DNA of 64,000 nt, taken from contig JBHOQS010000018.1 of the NCBI GenBank assembly GCA_042408875.1, positions 13,112-77,111 of the forward strand. Direction: 5' to 3'. Position numbers and translations under genes: made by a program. This stretch comes from Chloroflexota bacterium. GTDB lineage: Bacteria; Chloroflexota; UBA11872; JBHOQS01. The notes under the pieces are model-generated. The model made no database searches, had not been told where the DNA came from, and worked only from the letters and a program-made list of their open reading frames with translations. Shown here one piece after another: positions 35,622 to 46,326 of this stretch. Numbering within the stretch: the first letter of the stretch is position 1; the number at the start of each line of letters is the position of its first letter.

Positions 35622-37127
35622 ATGGATACTGTCCCGGATACAGAGCTGGAAGCGAACGACCTCCTGCGCCCGGATGGGGCAGCGCGCGCTGCGCCTGACT
35701 CCCATCCCACTGATGATCCCGATGGCGCGTCACAGCCTGGCATAGCGACTGCCGTGCACGATGCCGCGCCAGTGCGCGAAGACCTGCCGCGTGCGCCGGG
35801 TGAGATCCGGCGCATGGTCGTCCGCCTGGCCTGGCCGGTCATCCTGGAGAACCTGCTCCAGACAATGATCGGCGTGGTCGATATGCTGATGGTCTCCCGC
35901 CTGGGCCGGGAGGCGATTGCTGGCGTCGGTGTGGCAAACCAGATCCTGTTCGTGGTCTTCGCCGGCGTCGGTGCGCTAGCAATGGGGACCACCGTCATGG
36001 TGGCACGGTTCACCGGCGCGCGACAGCCCGAAATGGCGAGCCGTGCGCTCCAGCAATCGATCTTCCTCTGTGTCCTGCTCGCAGGGATGCTGACTATTGC
36101 TGGCAGCGCCGGCTCATACTTGATGGTGCAGGTCCTGGGTCCGGAGCCTGAGGTGGTGCGGCTCGGCGGGGACTACCTGCGCGTGGTGTTCCTGTTCTCC
36201 TTCTTCCTGGTGGCGATGTTCGTGCTGGGCGCTGCATTACGTGGCGCCGGGGACAGCAAGACCCCCATGCTCGTCACGGCGCTCAGCAACGTGATCAACG
36301 CGGCCGTGGCCTACGCGCTCATCTTCGGTGTGGCGGGCCTGCCGGCCCTGGGCGTGATCGGCTCAGCGTGGGGCGCGGTGTGCGCCAGGGTCGCGGGCAC
36401 CCTGCTTTTGCTCCTGGTGCTGCTGCGTGGCCGCGCCGGGCTGTATCTCCCGCTGCGTCCGACTGGCTGGACGGTTGATCCTTCCCTGGCGCGACGGATC
36501 CTGGCGGTGGGCATCCCATCGATGATCGAACAACTCTCACGCTCTGGCGGCATGCTCGTCTACAGCACTGTAGTGATCTCGCTGGGCACGATGGTTTTCG
36601 CCACGCAGCGCATCACCTTCAACGTCCTCGGAGTGGCGTTCATGCCCGGCTTTGGCTTTGGGATGGCCGCCACCGCCCTTACTGGACAGAGCCTGGGTGC
36701 GCGGCGCCCGGAGCAGGCGCGCCTGGCCACGTGGTTCGCCATGCGCTCCTGCATCATCTGGATGAGCCTAGCGGCGCTGGTGTTCTTCTTTTTGGGCGAG
36801 CAGATCATGCGCCTGTTTACGAACGACGCGGAGATCGTGGAGCTCGGCGCGCTCTGTCTAAAGATCGTGGCCTTCGGACAGCCGCTGCAAGCGATTTCTA
36901 TGGTGACCGCCGGCGGCCTGCGCGGGGCCGGGGACACGCGCTATCCTATGCTGGTCACGTCGGCCTCGATGTGGCTGGTGCGAATCCCGGTCGCCTACGT
37001 ACTGGCCGTGCGCGCCGGGCTGGGTCTGCCGGGGGCATTCTACTCGTTCCTCTTCGGCTCGCTGCTGGAAGCGAGCCTCAACTTCCTGCGCTTTCGCGCC
37101 GGGAAGTGGCAGCGCATAGAGGTCTAG
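35622..37127 (+). CDS. MATE-family efflux transporter
   Basis: It has 12 TM segments, an N-terminal LAWPVILENLLQTMIGVVDMLMVSRLG and RGAGDT-type motifs in both halves. Confidence 0.85.
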   Translation: MDTVPDTELEANDLLRPDGAARAAPDSHPTDDPDGASQPGIATAVHDAAPVREDLPRAPGEIRRMVVRLAWPVILENLLQTMIGVVDMLMVSRLGREAIAGVGVANQILFVVFAGVGALAMGTTVMVARFTGARQPEMASRALQQSIFLCVLLAGMLTIAGSAGSYLMVQVLGPEPEVVRLGGDYLRVVFLFSFFLVAMFVLGAALRGAGDSKTPMLVTALSNVINAAVAYALIFGVAGLPALGVIGSAWGAVCARVAGTLLLLLVLLRGRAGLYLPLRPTGWTVDPSLARRILAVGIPSMIEQLSRSGGMLVYSTVVISLGTMVFATQRITFNVLGVAFMPGFGFGMAATALTGQSLGARRPEQARLATWFAMRSCIIWMSLAALVFFFLGEQIMRLFTNDAEIVELGALCLKIVAFGQPLQAISMVTAGGLRGAGDTRYPMLVTSASMWLVRIPVAYVLAVRAGLGLPGAFYSFLFGSLLEASLNFLRFRAGKWQRIEV

Positions 37128-37211
37128 GACTGTTCCAGCGAGCGCGAGCCAGCGTTGAGTACGGTGAAGTACTAAGAGTGCTCATGGCGTACCACAGGAG
37201 GATGCGGGCGT

Positions 37212-38198
37212 ATGTCTGAGCGTCGTGTGCGCCTCGCCCTGATTGGCGCAGGTACTATGGCAAATAGCGTGCACTACCCCTCGCTGGCAGAGTTCGAGGA
37301 CGTGGAGCTGGCAGCGATCTGCGATCTGATCGAAGAGAAGGCGCGGGCCACCGCAGCGCGCTTTGGCATCCCGCGGGTGTACACCGATTACCGGCGTATG
37401 ATCGACGAGGTGGAGCCGGAGGCCGTGTATGTGCTCATGCCGCCGCAGCACTTGTTCGAGCCGGTCGCGCACTGCCTGCGGCTGGGACGGCACGTCTTCA
37501 TCGAAAAGCCGCCTGCCGTGACGACGTTCCAGACGAAGGCCTTGGCGTATTATGCCGAGGAGCACCGCTGCCTCACGATGGTGGGCTTCCAGCGCCGCCA
37601 CATTCCGGCGCTCACGGCATTGAAGCAGCGAGTGGAGGCCCGGGGGCCGATCCAGCAGGCTGCCGTGAGCTTCCTGAAGTCCACGCGCGATCTCCATCAG
37701 CCGGCCTTCGTGTACGGTGGTGTCATCGACCAGCTCACGGTGGATGGCATCCACGCCGTTGATAACCTGCGCTTTCTCTGTGGCGGTGAGGTGGTCGATG
37801 TGGCCAGCGACATCCGCACGCGCTACGTGCCGGGGCCGTTTCCCAACGCGTTCACTGCCCTGATCACCTTCAGTACCGGCGCGGTGGGAATCTTACAGTC
37901 AAACTACACTACCGGGCGGCGCATCTTCCGCGCTGAGTTCCACGGGCAGAACATTACTGCGTACGTGGACGCCGACCGCGAGGCGTACATCGTGGCCGAC
38001 GACGGTGAGCCGGAGCGCTACGATCCGCGCGACTTCTTCCCCCACCGCGAGCGGCACCACTATCTGGGCTTCTATCATGAGAACCGCCACTTCATCGACT
38101 GCATTAAGGAGGGACGGCAGCCGACCAGCAACTTCACCGACGCGGTCAAAACGATGGAGCTAGTCGACCGCATCTACCAGGCGCGGCTGAAGACATAG
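37212..38198 (+). CDS. Gfo/Idh/MocA-family oxidoreductase
   Basis: It has VRLALIGAGTMANSVHYPSL and EKPPAVT. Confidence 0.8.
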   Translation: MSERRVRLALIGAGTMANSVHYPSLAEFEDVELAAICDLIEEKARATAARFGIPRVYTDYRRMIDEVEPEAVYVLMPPQHLFEPVAHCLRLGRHVFIEKPPAVTTFQTKALAYYAEEHRCLTMVGFQRRHIPALTALKQRVEARGPIQQAAVSFLKSTRDLHQPAFVYGGVIDQLTVDGIHAVDNLRFLCGGEVVDVASDIRTRYVPGPFPNAFTALITFSTGAVGILQSNYTTGRRIFRAEFHGQNITAYVDADREAYIVADDGEPERYDPRDFFPHRERHHYLGFYHENRHFIDCIKEGRQPTSNFTDAVKTMELVDRIYQARLKT

Positions 38199-38279
38199 CC
38201 GGTTGTTCCGCGGCCGAGAGCCGAGCCGGCCGGGGCGCTCGCCGGCGGGGCAGCGTGGAGCAAGACCGGAGGGTACAGG

Positions 38280-39608
38280 GTGACTGGAAGCTCGCGCATC
38301 ACGATAGTCCGCACGGCGGCACGCGGCATCGCGTGCGAGTTAGAGTCGATCGCACCGGCCGTCCTGGCAGTGCTGGTGGCCGGGGGGCTGCTCCTGCGGC
38401 TGGGCATCGCCCTGGCCATGGGCGATGCGCCGCCGCGCGATGATGCCATCGACTACGAGCTGCTGGCACGCAACCTGGCGGCAGGCTACGGCTTCTCGCT
38501 CCGGCCGCCCGAGCCGTCGGTGTTCCGTCCGCCGCTGGCCCCGACGTTCCTGGCCGCAGTGTACGTGCTGGTCGGGCCGCAGCTCCTGGCCGCCAGGTTG
38601 GCTCAGGCGGTGCTGTCTGCTGCGACCATTCCTCTGACCTACGCCCTCGCGCGGGCCTTCGCGCCCCGGCGCGGCGCGCTGCTGGCTGCCGCGCTGGTGG
38701 CGCTCTCCCCCGCCCTGGCTGCCCATGCCTCGCTGTTCCAGACCGAAACGCTTTTCAGCGTGCTCACCGCGGCCGCAGTACTTGCGCTGCTGCGTGGGTA
38801 CGCCGCGGCGCGCTCTGGCCGCGGGCTGGCCTGGACGTGGGCTGCGCTGTGTGGGGCCTTGCTAGGGCTAGCCAACCTAGCCCGGCCGACGCTGCTGGCT
38901 CTGCCGCTGCTGCTGCCACCTGCCTGGGCGTTGCTGGAGATGCAGCGGCGCCGCGGCGTCGCGCTGGGCTGCGTGGCCGCGCTGAGCGCCGTCATAGTCA
39001 TCGCTCCCTGGACGCTGCGGAACTACGCGGTCTCCGGAGCGTTTGTGCCGGTGGCGCTGAACCGCCTGGGCATGACCGTGTGGGCCGGCAGCTATGCGCC
39101 GTGGCGTAACCAGTGGAAGAGCGACGCTGACCGCCCGGCGCACCTGCAACAGGTCGATGTCGATACGGTCGAGGGTGACCGGGTCATGCTCCGGGAGGCG
39201 CTGGAGAACATCCGCTGGCAGCCGGATGCGTATCTGGCGCAATGGCCTCTGCGCTTCTTCACCCTGGTGCGCACGGATACGTCGTACTGGCCCTTTGGCG
39301 AGTTGGCAGGCCCGGGCCGCTGGTGGAAGGTGCCCCTGAAGGCGGCGCTTCATGGCGTACACCTGCTGACCCTGGGGCTGGGTCTCTTCGGTGCCGTCCG
39401 CCTCTGGCGAGCTGGCGGGCCGACCCGGCGTATGGCCGGGTGGGTCGCGCTCGTGCTAGGACAGTACCTTTTCTTAAACAGCCTGCCACACACGGAGCCA
39501 CGCTTCCTCGTTCCGATGCTCCCCCTCATCGCTGCTCTGGCTGCCGGAGTGCTGCCCGAGCAAACAACAGTCGTGCCAACGGTTGACGCACCTGGGGCAG
39601 GAAGCTAG
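38280..39608 (+). CDS. ArnT/PMT-like (GT39/GT83-type) membrane glycosyltransferase
   Basis: DDAIDYELLARNLAAGYGFS...PPLAPTFLAAVY is typical of the PMT_2/ArnT-like N-terminal loop. It has multiple TM segments and a GTG start. Confidence 0.7.
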   Translation: MTGSSRITIVRTAARGIACELESIAPAVLAVLVAGGLLLRLGIALAMGDAPPRDDAIDYELLARNLAAGYGFSLRPPEPSVFRPPLAPTFLAAVYVLVGPQLLAARLAQAVLSAATIPLTYALARAFAPRRGALLAAALVALSPALAAHASLFQTETLFSVLTAAAVLALLRGYAAARSGRGLAWTWAALCGALLGLANLARPTLLALPLLLPPAWALLEMQRRRGVALGCVAALSAVIVIAPWTLRNYAVSGAFVPVALNRLGMTVWAGSYAPWRNQWKSDADRPAHLQQVDVDTVEGDRVMLREALENIRWQPDAYLAQWPLRFFTLVRTDTSYWPFGELAGPGRWWKVPLKAALHGVHLLTLGLGLFGAVRLWRAGGPTRRMAGWVALVLGQYLFLNSLPHTEPRFLVPMLPLIAALAAGVLPEQTTVVPTVDAPGAGS

Positions 39609-39733
39609 AATCCGAGTGCCGCCACCGCGCCGTGATGGCAATTATGTAAAGCAATGAAGGTGGCGTGGCCGCGCTCGCCAGCGCGTGTGCTCCGCCACAG
39701 TCGCAGCCCTCGCCATGTCGGCCCCCTGGACGT

Positions 39734-41161
<1,428 letters not shown>

Positions 41162-41183
41162 GCCCGGGCCCCATCTCTTACCG

Positions 41184-41199
41184 TGGCACGGAAGTTGCT
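41184..41199 (+). promoter_or_regulatory. Sigma-54 (-24/-12) promoter TGGCACGgaagTTGCT
   Basis: It is a perfect match to TGGCACG-N4-TTGCW, with GG (41185-86) and GC (41197-98) 12 nt apart. It lies in the 112-nt gap between the bEBP gene stop (41161) and the kinase start (41274). Confidence 0.75.
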
Positions 41200-41273
41200 C
41201 ATAGGATGCCACAGGCAGGCACGGAACTGGTTCGGCGTGCCCGGCTGGGAGTTCGACACCCTCGAAGGCAACG

Positions 41274-43091
41274 ATGGTGGCGCGTCCAGGCACAGCAGGC
41301 GCCAGGGTAGACGAGGCAGGCAGGTCTGTCGGACAACGCTCTGCGGCGACGAGACAGACCAGAGGAGGCGGCGTCGCTGTTGAGCCGGACACTGTCGCTG
41401 CGCCGCTGGGCCAGTTCGGCACCACGCCGGGCGTGCTCACGCGAGGCACGCTCGAGGATCTGCTGACACTCTTGCGTGGCGGCCTCATTCTCGTCACGCT
41501 GGTGAGCTACGCAGCCGGGTATGCGCCGTCCACCGCGGCAGCCGGTTTCGCCACCGTGGGCGTGGCCCTCTACGGCGTGCTGCTGCTGATCGGTCGCGCG
41601 GTGCACGTGCTGCCGGGCGCGCGCTGGCCGCTTGCCATAGCAGATTGCGCCCTCATCGGCGTGGCGACCGCAACGACCGGCGGGATCATCAGTGCCGCCC
41701 AAGCAGCTTTCGTGCCGGTCGTGTTCGCCGCCGGTTTACGCCTGCGCCTCTGGCAGCTCGGTACCGTGCTGGCTGCCGCCGCGCTCGCCCATGCCGTGGG
41801 TACCCAGACGCTCCAGTTCCGGCCAGACGGCGCGGTGCCGTGGCTGACGGTCTTTGCCTTCACTGCGCTGGCCGGTGCGGCGGCACGGGGTGAGCTCACG
41901 ACCGTCGTGGAGCGCTGCCGCCTGCTGTGGCGCATGCAGGTGGCGTTCGCCCGGCTGCATACCGCGCGCACGAGCACGGAGCTTGTACAGGCGGTGACCG
42001 CAGCCTGCACCGACCTGCTCCAGGCCGATCGTGTACGCCTGTTCCGTTCAGAGCGAGGCCTGTTGGTGGAGGTGCACTGCCGGGCGTGGGGCGCCGGGGA
42101 CGACGGTGGCGAGCCCAGCGTGCTGCTGGAGCGAGCAGTGCGCGAGCAGCGCGTCCAATGGTGGGTCGAACCGGCAACGCCTGCGGCGCCGCGCGGGTGG
42201 ACCCGGCTGGCGCTGCCGCTAGCGCACAGGGAGGTGTCGCTGGGCGCCCTGGAGGTATCATGGGAGGGGTGTGCGGTCGGGCAGCGCGGTGCTCGCGAGA
42301 TGATCGGGGCGCAGTTGAGCACCCACGTGGCGGCCGCGCTGGCCAACGTGCAGGTCCACGAGCAGGCCCGCCTCGGTGTCCAACGGCTAGCGCACCTGGG
42401 CTGCTACAAAGGGGATTTCATTGCTATGCTCTCCCATGAACTGCGCACACCGCTCACAGCGATCAAGGGCTTTGCCCAGTTGCTGCGCCGCAGCGAGCGC
42501 ATGGACCCCGCAACAGTCAGCCGGTACGCCGCCGTGATCGTCATGGAGAGCAATCACCTGATCTCTACCATCGAAGACATCGTCCATCTCACGAACATCG
42601 AGGAAGGGCTGCTCGAGCTTCGCCGGGAGCGCGTGGATATCCATGCCGTGCTGGAACAGGCGCTTGACAGGCTGCGCCACATCATCACGGCGCCGCGGTT
42701 CCGGTACGCCGGCCGCCCGGCGCCGGTCTGGGCGGTGACGGATGCAGCTCGCCTGGAGGAGGCGTTGCGCAACCTGTTCATCGCCGCAGTCAAGTACGCG
42801 CCGGAGCCGCCGAAGAATGGCGCGGCGCCGGAGCGGTGCTTTGAGTTCGGCGTCATCGAGATGGCAGATAGGATCCTGATCTGGCTGGCCGACCCGACGC
42901 CCGGCCTGCACCGCTCGTATGACCTGCTGCGGGAGTTCGAGCAGGCGCCGGAGGGCGGGCGTACCATCACCGGCAGCGGGTTGAGCCTTTATATTGCCAA
43001 GCATATCATCGAGGCGCTGGGTGGTAGCCTGGCGATTGGCCCCTACCGCGGCGGTACCCGTTACGTGGTGCGGCTGCCCCAGGGAGCGTAG
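41274..43091 (+). CDS. Membrane sensor histidine kinase (multi-TM N-terminus, GAF-like region, HisKA, HATPase_c)
   Basis: The HisKA motif is FIAMLSHELRTPLTAIKGF, and the C-terminal GSGLSLYIAKHIIEALGG is present. There are about 5 N-terminal TM segments. Confidence 0.85.
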   Translation: MVARPGTAGARVDEAGRSVGQRSAATRQTRGGGVAVEPDTVAAPLGQFGTTPGVLTRGTLEDLLTLLRGGLILVTLVSYAAGYAPSTAAAGFATVGVALYGVLLLIGRAVHVLPGARWPLAIADCALIGVATATTGGIISAAQAAFVPVVFAAGLRLRLWQLGTVLAAAALAHAVGTQTLQFRPDGAVPWLTVFAFTALAGAAARGELTTVVERCRLLWRMQVAFARLHTARTSTELVQAVTAACTDLLQADRVRLFRSERGLLVEVHCRAWGAGDDGGEPSVLLERAVREQRVQWWVEPATPAAPRGWTRLALPLAHREVSLGALEVSWEGCAVGQRGAREMIGAQLSTHVAAALANVQVHEQARLGVQRLAHLGCYKGDFIAMLSHELRTPLTAIKGFAQLLRRSERMDPATVSRYAAVIVMESNHLISTIEDIVHLTNIEEGLLELRRERVDIHAVLEQALDRLRHIITAPRFRYAGRPAPVWAVTDAARLEEALRNLFIAAVKYAPEPPKNGAAPERCFEFGVIEMADRILIWLADPTPGLHRSYDLLREFEQAPEGGRTITGSGLSLYIAKHIIEALGGSLAIGPYRGGTRYVVRLPQGA

Positions 43092-43193
43092 GCAGGTGAC
43101 CGGTATGCCGTTCCGCTCCCAGCCGGAGCCGGTGGCGGCCAGCTCGCGGGATCTTTGCACTCAGGATAGGGTGCACCGAAGAGAGGGTGTACC

Positions 43194-43227
43194 AAGGATA
43201 GGGACCGAGTAAGGATAGGGACCGAGT
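43194..43227. repeat. Perfect 17-bp tandem duplication AAGGATAGGGACCGAGT x2 directly abutting the rpoN ATG
   Basis: The copies are at 43194-43210 and 43211-43227, and the ATG is at 43228. A partial third copy (GGATAGGG) is at 43164-43171. Confidence 0.95.
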
Positions 43228-44637
43228 ATGGAACTAAATACTGAACTTACCTTGCTACCCCAGCAGCACCAGAAGGTGTCCCCGCGGCTCGTTGCCGTCA
43301 ACCATATCCTGGAACTCAGCTCGATGGAGCTCCAGGAGCTTATCGAGAAGGAGTTGGAGGAGAACCCGGCGCTGGAGCTCGTGGAGACGACGGTGTGCCC
43401 GACCTGTGGCGCGGCCATGTCCGGGCCGGTCTGCACCCACTGCCTGAGCCATGCCCAGAAGACCAAGGAGCTCGCCGAGGCCCAGCCCGAAGACGAGGAG
43501 TACGATCCGGGGACGCCGGCGGGCGGACTGCGGCGGACCGACGACGAGTTTGATCCGATGACGATTGTGGCGACACAGGTCACCCTGGAAGAGCATCTGC
43601 TGAACGAGCTACGCCCCATGCTCTCGGCAGACCAGGTGCCAGTCGCCGAGTATCTCGTAGGAAACCTCGACTCCCGCGGGTATCTGCAGTGCAGCGCTAG
43701 CGAGGTGGCCGCGGACCTGGGCGTCCCGGTCGAGACGGTCGAACAGGTGATCAGACTGCTCCAGTCCGTGGAACCAGTCGGCGTCGGTGCGCGCTCGCTG
43801 GAGGAGTGTCTCTGCCTTCAGCTCGACTACCTGGCCGCGCAGGGGGTGACACACCCACACGCGCGCGAGATCGTGGAACGCTATTTGGAGGAGCTGGGCG
43901 AGCACAAGTACGGGCGCATTGCCCAGCGGCTCGGCATCACTACCGACGAGGTTGCTGCAGCCGCGGAGTTCATCAAACGCTCCCTCAATCCATTTCCCGC
44001 GCAGAGCTTCTATAGCGGCAACCGCAATGCGCACGTGGCGGCTGGCAGCTACGTGCTCCCGGACGTGATCATCACGAAGCGCGACCGTGGCTACGAGATC
44101 GATATCGTCGAGTCGAAGCGCTTCTTTCTAAAGATTAACCCGCTCTATACGCGCCTACTCAGCCAGGCCGAAGACGTGGGCATCTCCGAGGAGGAGCGCC
44201 GGCACATTCAGCAGTACGTCTCGCGGGCCAAGCAGTTTCTGGCCAACATCCACCAGCGCCGGCAGACGCTGCTGAAGATCACAGCTTGCATCGTATCGCA
44301 CCAGCGGGAGTTCCTGAGCCGGGGAGTGCGCCACCTGCGCCCGCTCACCCGGGCGATGGTCGCGGCAGAGCTAGGCATGCACGAATCGACCGTCAGCCGT
44401 GCCACCGCCTCAAAATACGCCATGCTGCCGTCGGGGCAGGTCATGCCGTTCAGCGACTTCTTCACCCCGTCGCTGAGCGTGAAAGATGTGATCAGAGACC
44501 TGATCGAGCACGAGACCACTCCGCTCACCGACGAGCAGATCCGCGATGAGCTGGCCAAGCGCGGCCTGCATATCGCCCGCCGCACTGTCGCGAAGTATCG
44601 CGACCAGCTCAAGATCTTACCGTCCTCATTGCGCTGA
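43228..44637 (+). CDS. rpoN: RNA polymerase sigma-54 factor RpoN
   Basis: Region I is LTLLPQQHQKVSPRLVAVNHILELSSMELQELIEKELEENPALE. The HTH is VAAELGMHESTVSRA and the RpoN box is ARRTVAKYR. It contains the insertion CPTCGAAMSGPVCTHC. Confidence 0.93.
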   Translation: MELNTELTLLPQQHQKVSPRLVAVNHILELSSMELQELIEKELEENPALELVETTVCPTCGAAMSGPVCTHCLSHAQKTKELAEAQPEDEEYDPGTPAGGLRRTDDEFDPMTIVATQVTLEEHLLNELRPMLSADQVPVAEYLVGNLDSRGYLQCSASEVAADLGVPVETVEQVIRLLQSVEPVGVGARSLEECLCLQLDYLAAQGVTHPHAREIVERYLEELGEHKYGRIAQRLGITTDEVAAAAEFIKRSLNPFPAQSFYSGNRNAHVAAGSYVLPDVIITKRDRGYEIDIVESKRFFLKINPLYTRLLSQAEDVGISEEERRHIQQYVSRAKQFLANIHQRRQTLLKITACIVSHQREFLSRGVRHLRPLTRAMVAAELGMHESTVSRATASKYAMLPSGQVMPFSDFFTPSLSVKDVIRDLIEHETTPLTDEQIRDELAKRGLHIARRTVAKYRDQLKILPSSLR

Positions 44638-44663
44638 GGCGCACCGCTCTCGGTATTCGCGGC

Positions 44664-44792
44664 TCACGCCCGGCCGGCGAGCCGCGCTTCCAGCAGGTCG
44701 AACGTGCCGCGGCGGTCAATGTGGTACACGCGGAGCATGCGGCCGTGAGTGCGACTGTGATCGTAGCGGAGATCCCAGTCGACGGCCGGCAC
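44664..44792 (-). CDS. Candidate 42-aa small ORF (below the ORF-track cutoff)
   Basis: The GAGGAGG SD (complement of 44798-44804) lies 5 nt before GTG (44790-44792). My translation is MPAVDWDLRYDHSRTHGRMLRVYHIDRRGTFDLLEARLAGRA, followed by a stop. The third codon positions are strongly G/C-biased. Confidence 0.3.
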   Translation of the reverse strand: MPAVDWDLRYDHSRTHGRMLRVYHIDRRGTFDLLEARLAGRA

Positions 44793-44829
44793 CGACACCT
44801 CCTCACTACTTGACTACTTGTATGCCGGA

Positions 44830-44862
44830 CCAGTGTGTACGTCAAACCAGTGCGTACGTCAA
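44830..44862. repeat. Direct repeat CCAGTG(T/C)GTACGTCAA x2 (17-nt period)
   Basis: The copies are at 44830-44845 and 44847-44862 with one mismatch. They lie in the 433-nt region upstream of the aminotransferase-serA genes. Confidence 0.85.
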
Positions 44863-45045
44863 GGTCTTCACGCAAGTCGCTGGCGGATGACAACGTGACA
44901 CTGCTGCGAAAGGGCCGACAACGGCGGGTCCGGCAGATGCAGATTTGTGACGCCGCGCACTATCGTCTATCATTACCGTGCAGGCCGCGGCCCGGCCTGC
45001 GCGTCCGCTTTGGTCCTGCTGGCTCATGGCTGTGATCCGCTATTC

Positions 45046-45064
45046 TGTGTGATATTTGTGTGAT
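45046..45064. repeat. TGTGTGAT x2 just upstream of the aminotransferase ATG
   Basis: The copies are at 45046-45053 and 45057-45064, and the ATG is at 45071. Confidence 0.8.
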
Positions 45065-45070
45065 GTATAG

Positions 45071-46210
45071 ATGCCAAAGAGACAAAATCTACGCATCCCT
45101 GGCCCTACGCCAGTGCCGCTAGCTATCCGCCGCGCGGGGGCCCGGCAGATGATCAATCACCGCGGACCTGAGTTCGCCGCCCTGCTCCAATCGCTGGTCC
45201 AACGCATCCGCCCCTTCTTTGGCTCCTCGGGCGACATCCTGTTCTTCCCGGCAGCCGGCACCGGCGGCCTGGAGGCTGCCGTGGTTAATACGCTCTCGCC
45301 GGGCGATCGAGTGCTGGCTGTGACCATTGGTGCCTTCGGGGAGCGCTTTGCCCAGATCGCGCAGGTGTTCGGCGCCGAGGTCCAGCGCCTGGAAGTTGAA
45401 TGGGGCCGCGCCTGTACCCCGGACATGCTGCGCGCCGCGCTGGCGCAGCGACCAGGCACAAAGGCCGTGCTGCTCACACACAACGAGACCTCTACTGGCG
45501 TGCAGCAGGATCTGCCGGCCCTCGCCAGCGTGGTGCGCGAACACGGAGCGTTGCTGCTGGTCGATGCCATCAGCTCGCTCGGCGCGGTGCCCTTCGACGC
45601 CGACGGCTGGGGCGTTGATGTAGCGATCACCGGCTCGCAGAAGGCGTGGATGGTGCCCCCCGGCATGACCATGCTGGCGGTTGGCCCGCGCGCCTGGGAG
45701 GCGAATACCAGGGCGAAGATGCCGCGGCTGTACTGGGACTTCGCGGCGATGAAGCGCTCGATGGAGCGCGGCCAGACGCCCTACACGCCGGCGATGTCGA
45801 TCATGTTCGCGCTGGACGAGGCGCTCGATCGTATGCACGCCGAAGGTATGGAGCGTATCTTCGCCCGTCATGCCCGCGTAGCCCAGCGCACGCGCGACGG
45901 GCTCGCTGCGCTGGGCATTCGCCTGTTCGCTGACCCGGCATATGCGTCGAATACCGTGACAGCCGCGTGGCTGCCCGAGGGCATCGAATGGCGTGCCCTG
46001 TCGAAGCTCCTGCGCGAAGAGTACGGCGTAGTCATCGCCGGCGGGCAGGGCAAAATGGAAGGCCGGATCTTCCGCATCGGCCACCTGGGAGCCGTGACTG
46101 ACGGCGATATCATCGGCGCGCTACGGGCCCTGCGAGAGGCGCTGGTACGGCTGGGCTACCGGCTGCCGGCCGGGAGGGCGCGGCCGCAGCCACAGCTCAC
46201 CGCCGTGTGA
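45071..46210 (+). CDS. Class-V aminotransferase (serine-pyruvate/alanine-glyoxylate or phosphoserine aminotransferase type)
   Basis: The PLP-lysine context is ITGSQKAWMVPPG, and the fold-type I class V pattern is present. Its position upstream of serA suggests a serine-pathway role. Confidence 0.8.
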   Translation: MPKRQNLRIPGPTPVPLAIRRAGARQMINHRGPEFAALLQSLVQRIRPFFGSSGDILFFPAAGTGGLEAAVVNTLSPGDRVLAVTIGAFGERFAQIAQVFGAEVQRLEVEWGRACTPDMLRAALAQRPGTKAVLLTHNETSTGVQQDLPALASVVREHGALLLVDAISSLGAVPFDADGWGVDVAITGSQKAWMVPPGMTMLAVGPRAWEANTRAKMPRLYWDFAAMKRSMERGQTPYTPAMSIMFALDEALDRMHAEGMERIFARHARVAQRTRDGLAALGIRLFADPAYASNTVTAAWLPEGIEWRALSKLLREEYGVVIAGGQGKMEGRIFRIGHLGAVTDGDIIGALRALREALVRLGYRLPAGRARPQPQLTAV

Positions 46211-46326
46211 CTATGCCGCCTCTGTGCATGTGCGCCATGGACCGGAGCGACCGTTGCCGCCTGAGGCGTCGGTACCTGTGCAATGTACACTTAATCTAGT
46301 ATACGTGTAATCTTAAGAGGGATCTA

